This document shows positions 16,817 through 25,662 of a stretch of 32,000 bases of DNA, piece by piece. This stretch comes from Flavobacteriaceae bacterium (GTDB taxonomy: Bacteria; Bacteroidota; Bacteroidia; Flavobacteriales; Flavobacteriaceae), in assembly GCA_965224465.1 (NCBI GenBank), contig OZ245049.1:1410001-1442000 (forward strand), given 5' to 3'. How positions within the stretch are numbered: position 1 is the first letter of the stretch; the number at the start of each line of letters is the position of its first letter. The notes under the pieces were generated by a model. It was not told the DNA's origin. It ran no database searches and saw only the letters and a program-made list of their open reading frames with translations. The position numbers and the translations under genes were made by a program.

Positions 16817-18316
16817 CTAAAAATACAAACCAGCCCAAAGCACAACAGAAGCAAGCAAAGCTAACATCACTATTAGAGGCCAAATAAACTTGAGCCATAC
16901 ATTATAATTTACATTTACCATTGCCAAAGAAGGCAAGATAAGACCCGTTGGCGTAATAAAACTCATCAAGCCCATTCCAAATAAATATGAATTCACAATT
17001 TCCTCTGGAGGCACTCCTACCACAGGCGCTAAAGAACTCATAATCGGCATCGTAACTACTGCCATGCCAGAAGAAGATGAAATAAATAAGGTAAGCACAA
17101 AAAAGACTCCCATCAACACTGGTAAAAATAAGGTTGGAGGAATTCCTTCTACCAAGTTTGTTGCATTAAATAATATTGTATCTGCAATCATTCCTTCATT
17201 TAGCACAAATGTCACTCCTCGAGCTATTCCTATAATAAAGGAGACTCCCAACAAATCGCGCGAACCTTGAATAAAATATTTGATAAAATTCTGTTCACCT
17301 AACCTTTGTAAAACAGCCATTACAACAGATGCTACCAAAAACAAGGCTGTCATTTCTTTAAACCACCATCCTTGAAAGGAAACCCCATAAATCATTATCA
17401 CAAAAGTAAGCGCAAACAACACTAATAAAAGTCTAGAAGTATTTGTCAAAACAGGGACATCCCCTCCAACTTTTACTGATTTTGCAAAAGGATTTTCCAA
17501 TTTACTACCGTACAATAAAGATTTTGTAGGGTCTTTTTTTATTTTATTTGCATAACGCATAATGTACCAAATACACAATGCTGAACCAAAAATTAACATT
17601 GCCAATCGGCTAGAAAGACCAACAGTCCAATTAATTCCCGCCGCATCTGAAGCAATAATTGTAGAGAACGGATTTACGGTAGAAGCCATAGTTCCGATAG
17701 AAGAACCAATGTAAATAACCGCTACTGGCACTACTAGATCATAACCAGCAGCAAGAAACACAGGGACTAAAATCGGATAAAATGCCAATGTTTCTTCTGC
17801 CAATCCAAAAGTTGTTCCTCCTAAGGCGATCAACGAAGTAACTATAATTATTAAGATACTTTCTCGCCCCTTAAGTTTTACGGATAAATGCCCTACTCCT
17901 TCATCAAAAGCACCAGATTTATTAAACACCCCAATAAAACCACCAATAATCAAGACAAACAAAATCACATCTATCGAATCATAAATTCCTTTAATCGGTG
18001 CAAATAAAACATCCAGCAATCCTTGCTTTTTTGATGTTACTTCCTGATAGGTATTCGGAATAGAAATAGGCTTGCTTATTTTACCGCTTTTAAAGGTTTC
18101 TAAAGGAATAATTATCCCGTTTTCTGTTAAAAACTCTTGACTAGCATCTATAATTTTACGGTTATCAACAGACTGAATTTCAAAAGTATTGGAATCAGAA
18201 TTATATGTCATACGATCATAACTCCCTGCAGGAAGCAACCATGTTGCCATGGCACTTAAAGCGATGGCTATCATCAAAACAGTATATGGAGTTGGGAATT
18301 TAATAGAAAATTTCAT
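16817..18316 (-). CDS. YfcC-family permease (DcuC-like anion/amino-acid carrier fold)
   Basis: 499 aa polytopic membrane protein. Its N-terminus, FPTPYTVLMIAIALSAMATWLLPAGSYD, is typical of YfcC-family proteins. Confidence 0.8.
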   Translation of the reverse strand: MKFSIKFPTPYTVLMIAIALSAMATWLLPAGSYDRMTYNSDSNTFEIQSVDNRKIIDASQEFLTENGIIIPLETFKSGKISKPISIPNTYQEVTSKKQGLLDVLFAPIKGIYDSIDVILFVLIIGGFIGVFNKSGAFDEGVGHLSVKLKGRESILIIIVTSLIALGGTTFGLAEETLAFYPILVPVFLAAGYDLVVPVAVIYIGSSIGTMASTVNPFSTIIASDAAGINWTVGLSSRLAMLIFGSALCIWYIMRYANKIKKDPTKSLLYGSKLENPFAKSVKVGGDVPVLTNTSRLLLVLFALTFVIMIYGVSFQGWWFKEMTALFLVASVVMAVLQRLGEQNFIKYFIQGSRDLLGVSFIIGIARGVTFVLNEGMIADTILFNATNLVEGIPPTLFLPVLMGVFFVLTLFISSSSGMAVVTMPIMSSLAPVVGVPPEEIVNSYLFGMGLMSFITPTGLILPSLAMVNVNYNVWLKFIWPLIVMLALLASVVLWAGLYF

Positions 18317-18462
18317 TTACACTATATTTATAGAAAACATAATTTTAAGCATTAAAAACTAAACCGACAGGATTTAACACGGAAAATTTAACAAATGATA
18401 TGTTTTTTGTTAATTATTTAACGCAAAACTAAACAATTCAAATTGTAAATTCAATGATTACT

Positions 18463-19731
18463 TTACATTTTTAAGAGTGTATTTCCTACCGCACAGTCTA
18501 AACATTTTTTAGCATTGCAATATTCAGTTTTCAACTGAATAAAAGCCTGTGATTCTAAAGCGTTTTTCACCTGTAAATTACATTCTTTAAATTTTGAAAT
18601 AAGCCCGTTTTTCTCTGGTTTAATTTGAGAAACAAGCTCAATAATAACCTCCGAATTAAACGTTCCTAATTGCTTTAAATAGCTTATTTTAATAGGAATT
18701 ATGGTATTTATAATTAGTAAATCCATAAAAGACTTTGTCAATTTCTTTGTTTTTTTTCTCGCTTGTTTCCCAAAAGTATAATGTTGTTCCCAATACTCAG
18801 ATGTTTTTGCACCTAAAATTTCATAAAACATATGAATATCATTTACGTTCATCAATTCAGAAAACAACTGCTTTTTTTGATGATACAAGGCACAAAACTG
18901 AGAGATCCTAACTGTTGGGAAATTCATAGGTCGCATTCCAAAAAATGCCAAAGGACTCCCTATATATGAACTCAATTTATATTTACTTTTCAAAAAATGA
19001 TACGATTTTCTCAAGTCCTTAAAATAAGAATCATCACAATCCTTGAGTAACAGATTCGCCTGCCCATAAAAAAGGCTTTCCAAGGCCAATTGATCACTGC
19101 TTTCTTTCCTGAAAACAGAAAAACCGATGGCATCTGCCAAGTCATACATTGCCTCTCCATTAGAATTTAACCCAAAATTTTTAGCTAACAGCAAAAATAA
19201 TACGCCTTCCCAATCCGACTTTGTATCGGTCAGCACCTTTTCTATTAATACTGATTTTTGTTCCAAACGTTCAAAATACAATCGTTCCAACCAATGATCT
19301 AAAACAAAACTGTCCACGCTACCAATCGAATCTTGACAAGGAATCCAGGAATGGGAACGCATCATCTCTTTGTAATTATCTAACAACACTCTAGAAACCA
19401 ATCCTTTTAACTCTAAGGTCGGGATTTCGGAATTATCCCCTCTAAAAACAGCGATATCGCACTCCCAAACCACGTGTAAAATAACAGAATCATAAGCTTG
19501 ATCTGTTTGGTGATGATGTAAATACCAATCGGAAGCATTGACATGAATTTCAACGTTCCCTGCCCATATCTGCCCTTTAATTTCTAATTTAGCATTAAAA
19601 AAATCTGGACCAGCAGTGTGTAATTGTTGTCCTACAGCAAAAATACAAATAGCATTCCCCTCTGTAGTTTTAAGTTGTGTAGCATTAAATAAGGAATACT
19701 TCCAAATATAATGCAAAAAAGCCTCTTTCAT
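18463..19731 (-). CDS. DUF2851-family protein
   Basis: 422 aa. It has the characteristic N-terminus EAFLHYIWKY..F, the block GPDFFNAKLEI..W.GNVEIH and a C-terminal CxxC (CNAKKCLDC). Confidence 0.75.
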   Translation of the reverse strand: MKEAFLHYIWKYSLFNATQLKTTEGNAICIFAVGQQLHTAGPDFFNAKLEIKGQIWAGNVEIHVNASDWYLHHHQTDQAYDSVILHVVWECDIAVFRGDNSEIPTLELKGLVSRVLLDNYKEMMRSHSWIPCQDSIGSVDSFVLDHWLERLYFERLEQKSVLIEKVLTDTKSDWEGVLFLLLAKNFGLNSNGEAMYDLADAIGFSVFRKESSDQLALESLFYGQANLLLKDCDDSYFKDLRKSYHFLKSKYKLSSYIGSPLAFFGMRPMNFPTVRISQFCALYHQKKQLFSELMNVNDIHMFYEILGAKTSEYWEQHYTFGKQARKKTKKLTKSFMDLLIINTIIPIKISYLKQLGTFNSEVIIELVSQIKPEKNGLISKFKECNLQVKNALESQAFIQLKTEYCNAKKCLDCAVGNTLLKM

Positions 19732-19973
19732 TCATCCAAATTTTATTGATTATTACACGTAAAAAAGAAGAAACAACCTTATCCACAAGGAGCTGGTAAT
19801 TCACAAATCTAATTTCACAGTGATTTCTATAAAGATACAAAATTTAAAAAACAATAAAAGCGTCCTAAAAACCAGTAATATTTATCCTATTTTTGGACTT
19901 TACTAAATTAAAAGAGATTTATAAAGAAAACACTTCTTTCTCTTTTATAATAACACAACAAATACTCCTATAT

Positions 19974-20606
19974 ATGGACATTATAAAAAGTCTAGAATGG
20001 CGCTATGCTACCAAAAAATTTGACACAACAAAAAAGTTATCTCCTCAGCAGATCGAAACTTTAAAAAAGGCATTTAACCTTACTGCCACATCCTATGGAC
20101 TGCAACCAATACGCTTAGTAATTGTATCAAACCAAGCAATAAAAGAAAGCTTGGTTCCACATTCGTTCAATCAACGTCAAGTTGCTGATGCTTCTCATCT
20201 TTTGGTTATTTGCATTCAAGAACAAATTACAACCAAAGATATCAATGCAAATTTTGACCAGCAATTAGAAGAACGCGACATTCAAGAGAAAGACATTGAA
20301 GGGTTCCGAAGCTTTTTACTAGATTCATTTAAAAAAATGACTCCAAATGAGCAGCAAGAAATCGGAAAACTGAATGCTTATATTGCTTTGGGCAATTTAT
20401 TAACAGTTTGTGCGACAGAAAAAATTGACGCCTGTCCTATGGAAGGATTTATTCCTACTAAATACGATGAAATTCTAGGGTTAAAAAAACACCAGCTAAA
20501 ATCGGTACTTGCCCTACCTGTAGGATATAGAGATGCAGAAGATTTTATGCAAAAGATGTCAAAAATGAGAAAAAAGTTGGATCAAATTACGATAACTATC
20601 GACTAA
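19974..20606 (+). CDS. Nitroreductase-family NAD(P)H oxidoreductase
   Basis: MDIIKSLEWRYATKKFD is the canonical nitroreductase N-terminus. I prefer the ATG at 19974 to the TTG at 19893 used by the ORF track, because the extra 27 aa are low-complexity. Confidence 0.8.
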   Translation: MDIIKSLEWRYATKKFDTTKKLSPQQIETLKKAFNLTATSYGLQPIRLVIVSNQAIKESLVPHSFNQRQVADASHLLVICIQEQITTKDINANFDQQLEERDIQEKDIEGFRSFLLDSFKKMTPNEQQEIGKLNAYIALGNLLTVCATEKIDACPMEGFIPTKYDEILGLKKHQLKSVLALPVGYRDAEDFMQKMSKMRKKLDQITITID

Positions 20607-20675
20607 ATCCTAGGCTATAATTGTTTTAAAATCATTAGAAATAATGTAACTTTACACTCAAATAAATTTACACTC

Positions 20676-22133
20676 ATGAGTACGGAAATAAGAAATCTTG
20701 AACCCAAATCTTTATGGAATCATTTTGCAGACCTAAATGCAGTTCCAAGAGGTTCTAAAAAAGAAGAACGCGTGATTCAATTCATGGTTGATTTTGGTAA
20801 AAAATTAAATTTAGATACCATTGTAGACCCTGTTGGTAACGTAATCATAAAAAAACCTGCTTCTCCGGGCATGGAAAACAGAGTAACTACAGTACTACAG
20901 TCCCATTTAGATATGGTACACCAAAAAAACTCAGACACTGTTTTTGATTTCGACAAAGAAGGAATCAAGATGTTAATTGATGGAGACTGGGTACGAGCAG
21001 ACGGAACAACTTTAGGAGCTGACAACGGATTAGGAGTGGCATCTATTATGGCTGTATTATCTTCTGACACCATTAAACACCCAGCAATTGAGGCCTTGTT
21101 TACTATTGATGAAGAAACAGGAATGACAGGTGCAAAAGGATTAGAATCTGGATATTTAGATGGGCAAATCTTATTAAATTTAGACACCGAAGATGACAAT
21201 GAGATAGACATAGGATGTGCAGGAGGTATTGATGTTACAGCTACGAGAGTCTATAACGAAGTAAACACTTCAAACAGTGGAACAGGATATGCAATTACTG
21301 TAAAAGGTCTAAGTGGAGGACATTCTGGAATGGACATTCACAGAGGACTAGGAAATGCAAACAAAATAATGAACCGCGTTATCTTCGAAACACAAGAATT
21401 TGTTCGAATCAATTCTATTAACGGTGGAAGTTTAAGAAATGCCATTCCTCGAGAGAGTTTTGCCATCGTAGTAGTTAAAGAAGCAAACGAAGCTAAATTC
21501 TTAAAATTAGTAAAAAAAGTGATTGCCTCAATTCAAAAGGAATTGAAAACCATGGAAGCTGATTTAGAAATAGTAGTAGAAAAAACAGACCGTCCAGAAA
21601 AAATAATGACTTCTATCAGTCAAGAGTCATTAATTAAAACATTGTACGGTGCACAAAACGGAGTCTATCGCTTGAGTCCAGACATGGAAGATTTGGTAGA
21701 AACATCTAACAACATAGCCCGCGTTATTGTAAAAGACGAGTCAATTAAAATAGGATGTTTGACACGTTCATCGGTTGAATCTTCTAAAATAGACTTAGCA
21801 AACACCTTGCGTGCTACTTTTGAATTAGGAGGATTTGAAGTTGAATTTGCAGGTTCGTACCCTGGATGGCAACCAAATACAGGATCACCTATATTAAAAA
21901 CATTAAAAAAAATATACAGTGATTTATTCAATAAGGAAGCAAATGTAGTCGCATGCCATGCAGGATTAGAGTGCGGAATACTAGGCACTAACTACCCAGA
22001 AATGGACATGATTTCTTTTGGACCTACCATTAAAGGAGCTCACTCTCCAGATGAAAGAGCCAGTATAAGTTCTACAAAAAAATATTGGAAATTCTTTTTA
22101 AAAGTACTGGAAGACATTCCTGCAAAAAAATAA
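20676..22133 (+). CDS. pepD: Aminoacyl-histidine dipeptidase (M20C, PepD)
   Basis: 485 aa. It has PepD blocks (SHLDMVHQK, GTTLGADNGLGVA, TIDEETGMTGA, GLECG, GPTIKGAHSPDE). Confidence 0.9.
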   Translation: MSTEIRNLEPKSLWNHFADLNAVPRGSKKEERVIQFMVDFGKKLNLDTIVDPVGNVIIKKPASPGMENRVTTVLQSHLDMVHQKNSDTVFDFDKEGIKMLIDGDWVRADGTTLGADNGLGVASIMAVLSSDTIKHPAIEALFTIDEETGMTGAKGLESGYLDGQILLNLDTEDDNEIDIGCAGGIDVTATRVYNEVNTSNSGTGYAITVKGLSGGHSGMDIHRGLGNANKIMNRVIFETQEFVRINSINGGSLRNAIPRESFAIVVVKEANEAKFLKLVKKVIASIQKELKTMEADLEIVVEKTDRPEKIMTSISQESLIKTLYGAQNGVYRLSPDMEDLVETSNNIARVIVKDESIKIGCLTRSSVESSKIDLANTLRATFELGGFEVEFAGSYPGWQPNTGSPILKTLKKIYSDLFNKEANVVACHAGLECGILGTNYPEMDMISFGPTIKGAHSPDERASISSTKKYWKFFLKVLEDIPAKK

Positions 22134-22146
22134 TTTCACTTATTAT

Positions 22147-22180
22147 AAAGAGCTTGGATCAACATTCAAGCTCTTTTTTT
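22147..22180 (+). terminator. Rho-independent terminator of pepD
   Basis: GAGCTTG (22150..22156) - 10-nt loop - CAAGCTC (22167..22173), followed by seven T and preceded by AAA. Confidence 0.8.
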
Positions 22181-22197
22181 ATATTGTTAACAAATTA

Positions 22198-22355
22198 CAC
22201 CAATTACAATCCAAAATGACCGATCTAAAAAGTTTGTTTTACGTTCTAGCGTAGTTGAAAAACAGAACCATAGCAAGGCTATCGTAAGATTTTCCACCTA
22301 GCTAAAACAAAAACGAATTCCATTTCTAAACCATCACTTGGAAATGTATTTGATA
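22198..22355 (+). repeat. Copy D (158 bp, long form) of the hairpin repeat family
   Basis: It has both family termini plus arm and central modules (..GTTTTACGTTCTAGCGTAGTTGAAAAACAGAACCATAGCAAGGCTATCGTAAGATTTTCCACCTAGCTAAAAC..). A perfect TTA/TTA direct repeat flanks it (22195..22197 and 22356..22358). It lies between the pepD terminator and parA. Confidence 0.85.
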
Positions 22356-22415
22356 TTAGACTTTTATAAATCATTTTTAATTGTATTTTTACGACACAAA
22401 TAAATAATTTTTTTC

Positions 22416-23180
22416 ATGGGTAAAATAATCGCCATAGCCAATCAAAAAGGTGGAGTTGGTAAAACCACAACAACTGTAAATTTAGCTGCTGCACTTGGTG
22501 TTTTAGAAAAGAAAGTTTTATTAATCGATGCCGACCCCCAAGCCAACGCCTCTTCAGGTTTAGGTATTGATGTTGATAGTGTTGAGCAAGGAACTTATGA
22601 AATTCTAGAACATACTGTCGCAACTAAAGACACGATCATAAAAACAAGCTCTCCAAATGTGGATTTAATTCCAGCACATATAGACTTGGTAGCCATTGAA
22701 ATAGAATTGGTAGACAAAGAAAACAGAGAATATATGTTACGAGAATCCTTAAAAGAGGTTCGCGATAATTATGATTATATTTTAATTGACTGTGCGCCTT
22801 CTTTAGGTTTGATTACCTTGAACGCCTTGTCTGCTGCCGACTCTGTAATTATACCAATCCAATGTGAATATTTTGCATTAGAAGGCTTAGGTAAATTACT
22901 AAATACTATAAAAAGCATACAAAAAATTCACAATGCAGATTTAGCCATTGAAGGATTGTTATTAACAATGTTTGATTCTCGATTGAGACTTTCAAACCAA
23001 GTAGTAGAAGAGGTAACTAAACACTTTCAAAACATGGTTTTTAAAACCATTATTCAACGAAATGTTCGCCTAAGTGAGGCTCCAAGTTACGGAGAAAGTA
23101 TAATTTCTTACGATGCTACTAGTAAAGGTGCGATAAATTATATTAATTTAGCCAACGAAATATTAAAAAAGAATAAATAA
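22416..23180 (+). CDS. parA: Chromosome partitioning ATPase ParA/Soj
   Basis: 254 aa. It has the deviant Walker A motif KGGVGKTTT and is followed by parB. Confidence 0.93.
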   Translation: MGKIIAIANQKGGVGKTTTTVNLAAALGVLEKKVLLIDADPQANASSGLGIDVDSVEQGTYEILEHTVATKDTIIKTSSPNVDLIPAHIDLVAIEIELVDKENREYMLRESLKEVRDNYDYILIDCAPSLGLITLNALSAADSVIIPIQCEYFALEGLGKLLNTIKSIQKIHNADLAIEGLLLTMFDSRLRLSNQVVEEVTKHFQNMVFKTIIQRNVRLSEAPSYGESIISYDATSKGAINYINLANEILKKNK

Positions 23181-23185
23181 ACAGC

Positions 23186-24085
23186 ATGGCAAAGGCAACA
23201 CGAAAACAAGCTTTAGGAAGAGGATTATCTGCGTTACTAAAAGATCCTAGTAATGAAGTAACTTCTATTCGAGACAAAAATGCAGATAAGGTTGTTGGGA
23301 GTATTATTGAAATAGATTTAGATGATATTGAGGTAAATCCTTTTCAGCCTAGAAGCTATTTTAATGAAGACGCCTTAACAGAACTTGCTCAATCTATTTC
23401 TGAATTAGGAATTATCCAACCCATCACCGTTCGAAAACTCTCTGGAAGTAAATTCCAACTTGTTTCAGGAGAACGTAGATATAGAGCTTCTAAGTTAATT
23501 GGAAACACTACCATCCCTGCATACATTCGTATTGCGAATGATCAAGAAATGCTTGAAATGGCCTTGGTTGAAAACATTCAACGAAAAGATTTAGACCCTA
23601 TAGAAGTTGCCATTTCGTACCAACGATTGATTGAAGAAATCAAACTAACTCAAGAGCAAATGAGCGCAAGAGTCGGTAAAAAGAGATCTACAATCACCAA
23701 TTATTTGCGTTTATTAAAATTAGACCCTATCATTCAAACAGGAATGAGAGACGGTTTTATCTCCATGGGACATGGAAGGGCATTAATTAATATTGAAGAT
23801 ACCGATATTCAATTGGGAATCTATGAAATAATATTAGAACAAAAGTTATCCGTACGTCAAACAGAACAGATTGTAAAAGACACAAAGGAAGGAAAGATAG
23901 GAAACAGTAAAACACCTAAAGACAGTCCAGAAATCCCTTCATTTGTTCAAGACAATATCAAAACATTCAATTCGTTCTTTGGACATAAAATAGACATTAA
24001 AGTTTCTGCAAAAGGAAAAGGAAAAATAACCATTCCTTTTCATTCTCAAGAAGACTTTGAGCGTATTAAAAAATTATTAGAATAG
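23186..24085 (+). CDS. parB: Chromosome partitioning protein ParB/Spo0J
   Basis: 299 aa. It has the ParB box GERRYRASK and an HTH region (QEQMSARVGKKRSTITNYLRLL). Confidence 0.93.
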   Translation: MAKATRKQALGRGLSALLKDPSNEVTSIRDKNADKVVGSIIEIDLDDIEVNPFQPRSYFNEDALTELAQSISELGIIQPITVRKLSGSKFQLVSGERRYRASKLIGNTTIPAYIRIANDQEMLEMALVENIQRKDLDPIEVAISYQRLIEEIKLTQEQMSARVGKKRSTITNYLRLLKLDPIIQTGMRDGFISMGHGRALINIEDTDIQLGIYEIILEQKLSVRQTEQIVKDTKEGKIGNSKTPKDSPEIPSFVQDNIKTFNSFFGHKIDIKVSAKGKGKITIPFHSQEDFERIKKLLE

Positions 24086-24669
24086 TGCAATACAAAAAAA
24101 CATCCATCGTCCTATTTTTATTAATAGGACTTTGTTCTTTAGCAGGGATTGCACAATCAACAGTAAAAACTCCTAAAGACTCTATCAGCACACGTATGTT
24201 GCCAAATACATACAAACCATTGGCACCTGCGAGAGCTGCATTTTACTCTGCCGTACTCCCTGGATTAGGACAGGCTTTTAATGGAAAGTACTGGAAAGTC
24301 CCAATTGTGTATGCAGCACTAGGAACTGCAGTTTACGCATATAGTTTTAACAATACAAATTACAAAAAATACCAAAAAGCGTACAAACAAAGGAAAAACG
24401 GAAAAACAGATCTTTTTGATGGTTTGGACGGTCGCCCTTCACTGTCTCTTGACGCCTTGGAACGCGCACAAAAATCATACAGGAAAGACAGGGATTTATC
24501 CCTACTCGCAGGTGTTGGACTGTACGTATTACAGATAGTTGAAGCGAGTGTAAATGCACATTTATTACAACACAACGTAAATGACAATCTAAGTGTTGGA
24601 CCACAATTTATTTTAGACCCTATTTCTAATAAAACAATTGTTGGTGCGGGATTTAAACTCAAATTTTAG
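24085..24669 (+). CDS. DUF5683-family membrane-associated protein
   Basis: 194 aa. It has a signal/TM segment and the block AAFYSAVLPGLGQAFNGKYWKVPIVY typical of the protein found after parB in Flavobacteriia. Its GTG start overlaps the parB stop (TAGTG). Confidence 0.7.
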   Translation: MQYKKTSIVLFLLIGLCSLAGIAQSTVKTPKDSISTRMLPNTYKPLAPARAAFYSAVLPGLGQAFNGKYWKVPIVYAALGTAVYAYSFNNTNYKKYQKAYKQRKNGKTDLFDGLDGRPSLSLDALERAQKSYRKDRDLSLLAGVGLYVLQIVEASVNAHLLQHNVNDNLSVGPQFILDPISNKTIVGAGFKLKF

Positions 24670-24681
24670 AAACACAATTAA

Positions 24682-24840
24682 TAGCAATTACAATCCAAAA
24701 TGACCGATATAAATAGTTTGTTTTACGTTCTAAGGTTGTTGAAAAACAGAACGATAGCTAAGGATAGCCATCCATTTCCCGCCTAACTAAAACAAAAAAT
24801 AATTCCATTTCTAAAACGTCACTTGGAAATATATTTGATA
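24682..24840 (+). repeat. Copy E (159 bp, long form) of the hairpin repeat family
   Basis: It is collinear with copy D along its whole length. The termini and arms are clearly similar and the central module is more diverged. It starts 12 nt after the DUF5683 stop. Flanks are TAA/TTA. Confidence 0.85.
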
Positions 24841-24899
24841 TTATTACAGAAAAACAAGATTTCTAGGACTAAGAAATCAATAAAAAAGCATACAAGCTG

Positions 24900-25598
24900 A
24901 TGAAAATAGCATTATTAGGATATGGGAAAATGGGTAAAACCATTGAAAAAATAGCCATTAAACGTGGTCACACCATTGTATTAAAAATTGAAGACGATTC
25001 GGAATATGACATCACAAAAGCAGATGTCGCCATAGATTTTAGCATCCCGACAGTAGCCTATAAGAACATCTCTAACTGCCTACAAAATAAGATCCCTGTA
25101 GTTTCGGGAACAACTGGATGGTTGGAAAATTACGAAAAAGCCGTCGCCTTATGTTCTCAACAAAAAGGAGCTTTTATTTACGCCTCCAATTTTAGCTTAG
25201 GAGTCAATATCTTTTTTGAACTCAACAAACAATTGGCAAGAATGATGAAGTCTCTAGATCAATACGACATTTCCTTGGAAGAAATTCACCACATTCAAAA
25301 ACTAGATGAACCAAGTGGAACAGCCATCACTCTTGCGGAAGGAATTATTGAAAACAGCGCTAAAACAAATTGGGTATTGGGAAGCACAAACAAGCAACAA
25401 GAGATAGGAATTGAAGCCATTAGAGAACCCGAAGTACCTGGGACTCACAGTATTTTTTACGAATCGGAAGTAGACAATATCACAATCAAACACACCGCCC
25501 ATAACCGACAAGGCTTTGCTTTAGGCGCCGTTATTGCAGCGGAATGGCTACAAGACAAAACAGGAACATTCACTATGAAAGATGTTTTAGGAATTTAA
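24900..25598 (+). CDS. dapB: 4-hydroxy-tetrahydrodipicolinate reductase
   Basis: 232 aa. It has the N-terminal Rossmann motif (MKIALLGYGKMGK) and the DapB signature EIHHIQKLDEPSGTA. Confidence 0.92.
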   Translation: MKIALLGYGKMGKTIEKIAIKRGHTIVLKIEDDSEYDITKADVAIDFSIPTVAYKNISNCLQNKIPVVSGTTGWLENYEKAVALCSQQKGAFIYASNFSLGVNIFFELNKQLARMMKSLDQYDISLEEIHHIQKLDEPSGTAITLAEGIIENSAKTNWVLGSTNKQQEIGIEAIREPEVPGTHSIFYESEVDNITIKHTAHNRQGFALGAVIAAEWLQDKTGTFTMKDVLGI

Positions 25599-25662
25599 CA
25601 CCTTTATAACAGATTTTCCAAACTTTTTTTTTCACCTTTGAATTCACTATAAGCACAATATT

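Noticed and set aside
19893-19973. The ORF track gives N-terminal extensions for three genes: a TTG start at 19893 for the nitroreductase, a start at 27167 for WbqC inside lepB, and a GTG at 5689 for the acyltransferase.
   Set aside because: Downstream ATG codons (19974, 27209 and 5659) give N-termini that match the family-typical starts. They also avoid overlap with the upstream gene or low-complexity leader peptides.
22217-24772. Short ORFs start at the ATG inside the repeat left end: MTDLKSLFYVLA* in D (from 22217), MTDINSLFYVLRLLKNRTIAKDSHPFPA* in E (24702..24788), and a 35-aa version in B on the minus strand.
   Set aside because: Copies A, C and F have ATA or ACA instead of ATG at that position. 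Lengths and C-termini differ completely between copies, so no conserved peptide exists.
22134-24900. I looked for a parS centromere site (TGTTNCACGTGAAACA-like) around parAB.
   Set aside because: I found no convincing match by eye. The closest CACGTG-containing stretch (about 19465..19480, inside the DUF2851 gene) matches only the core hexamer.
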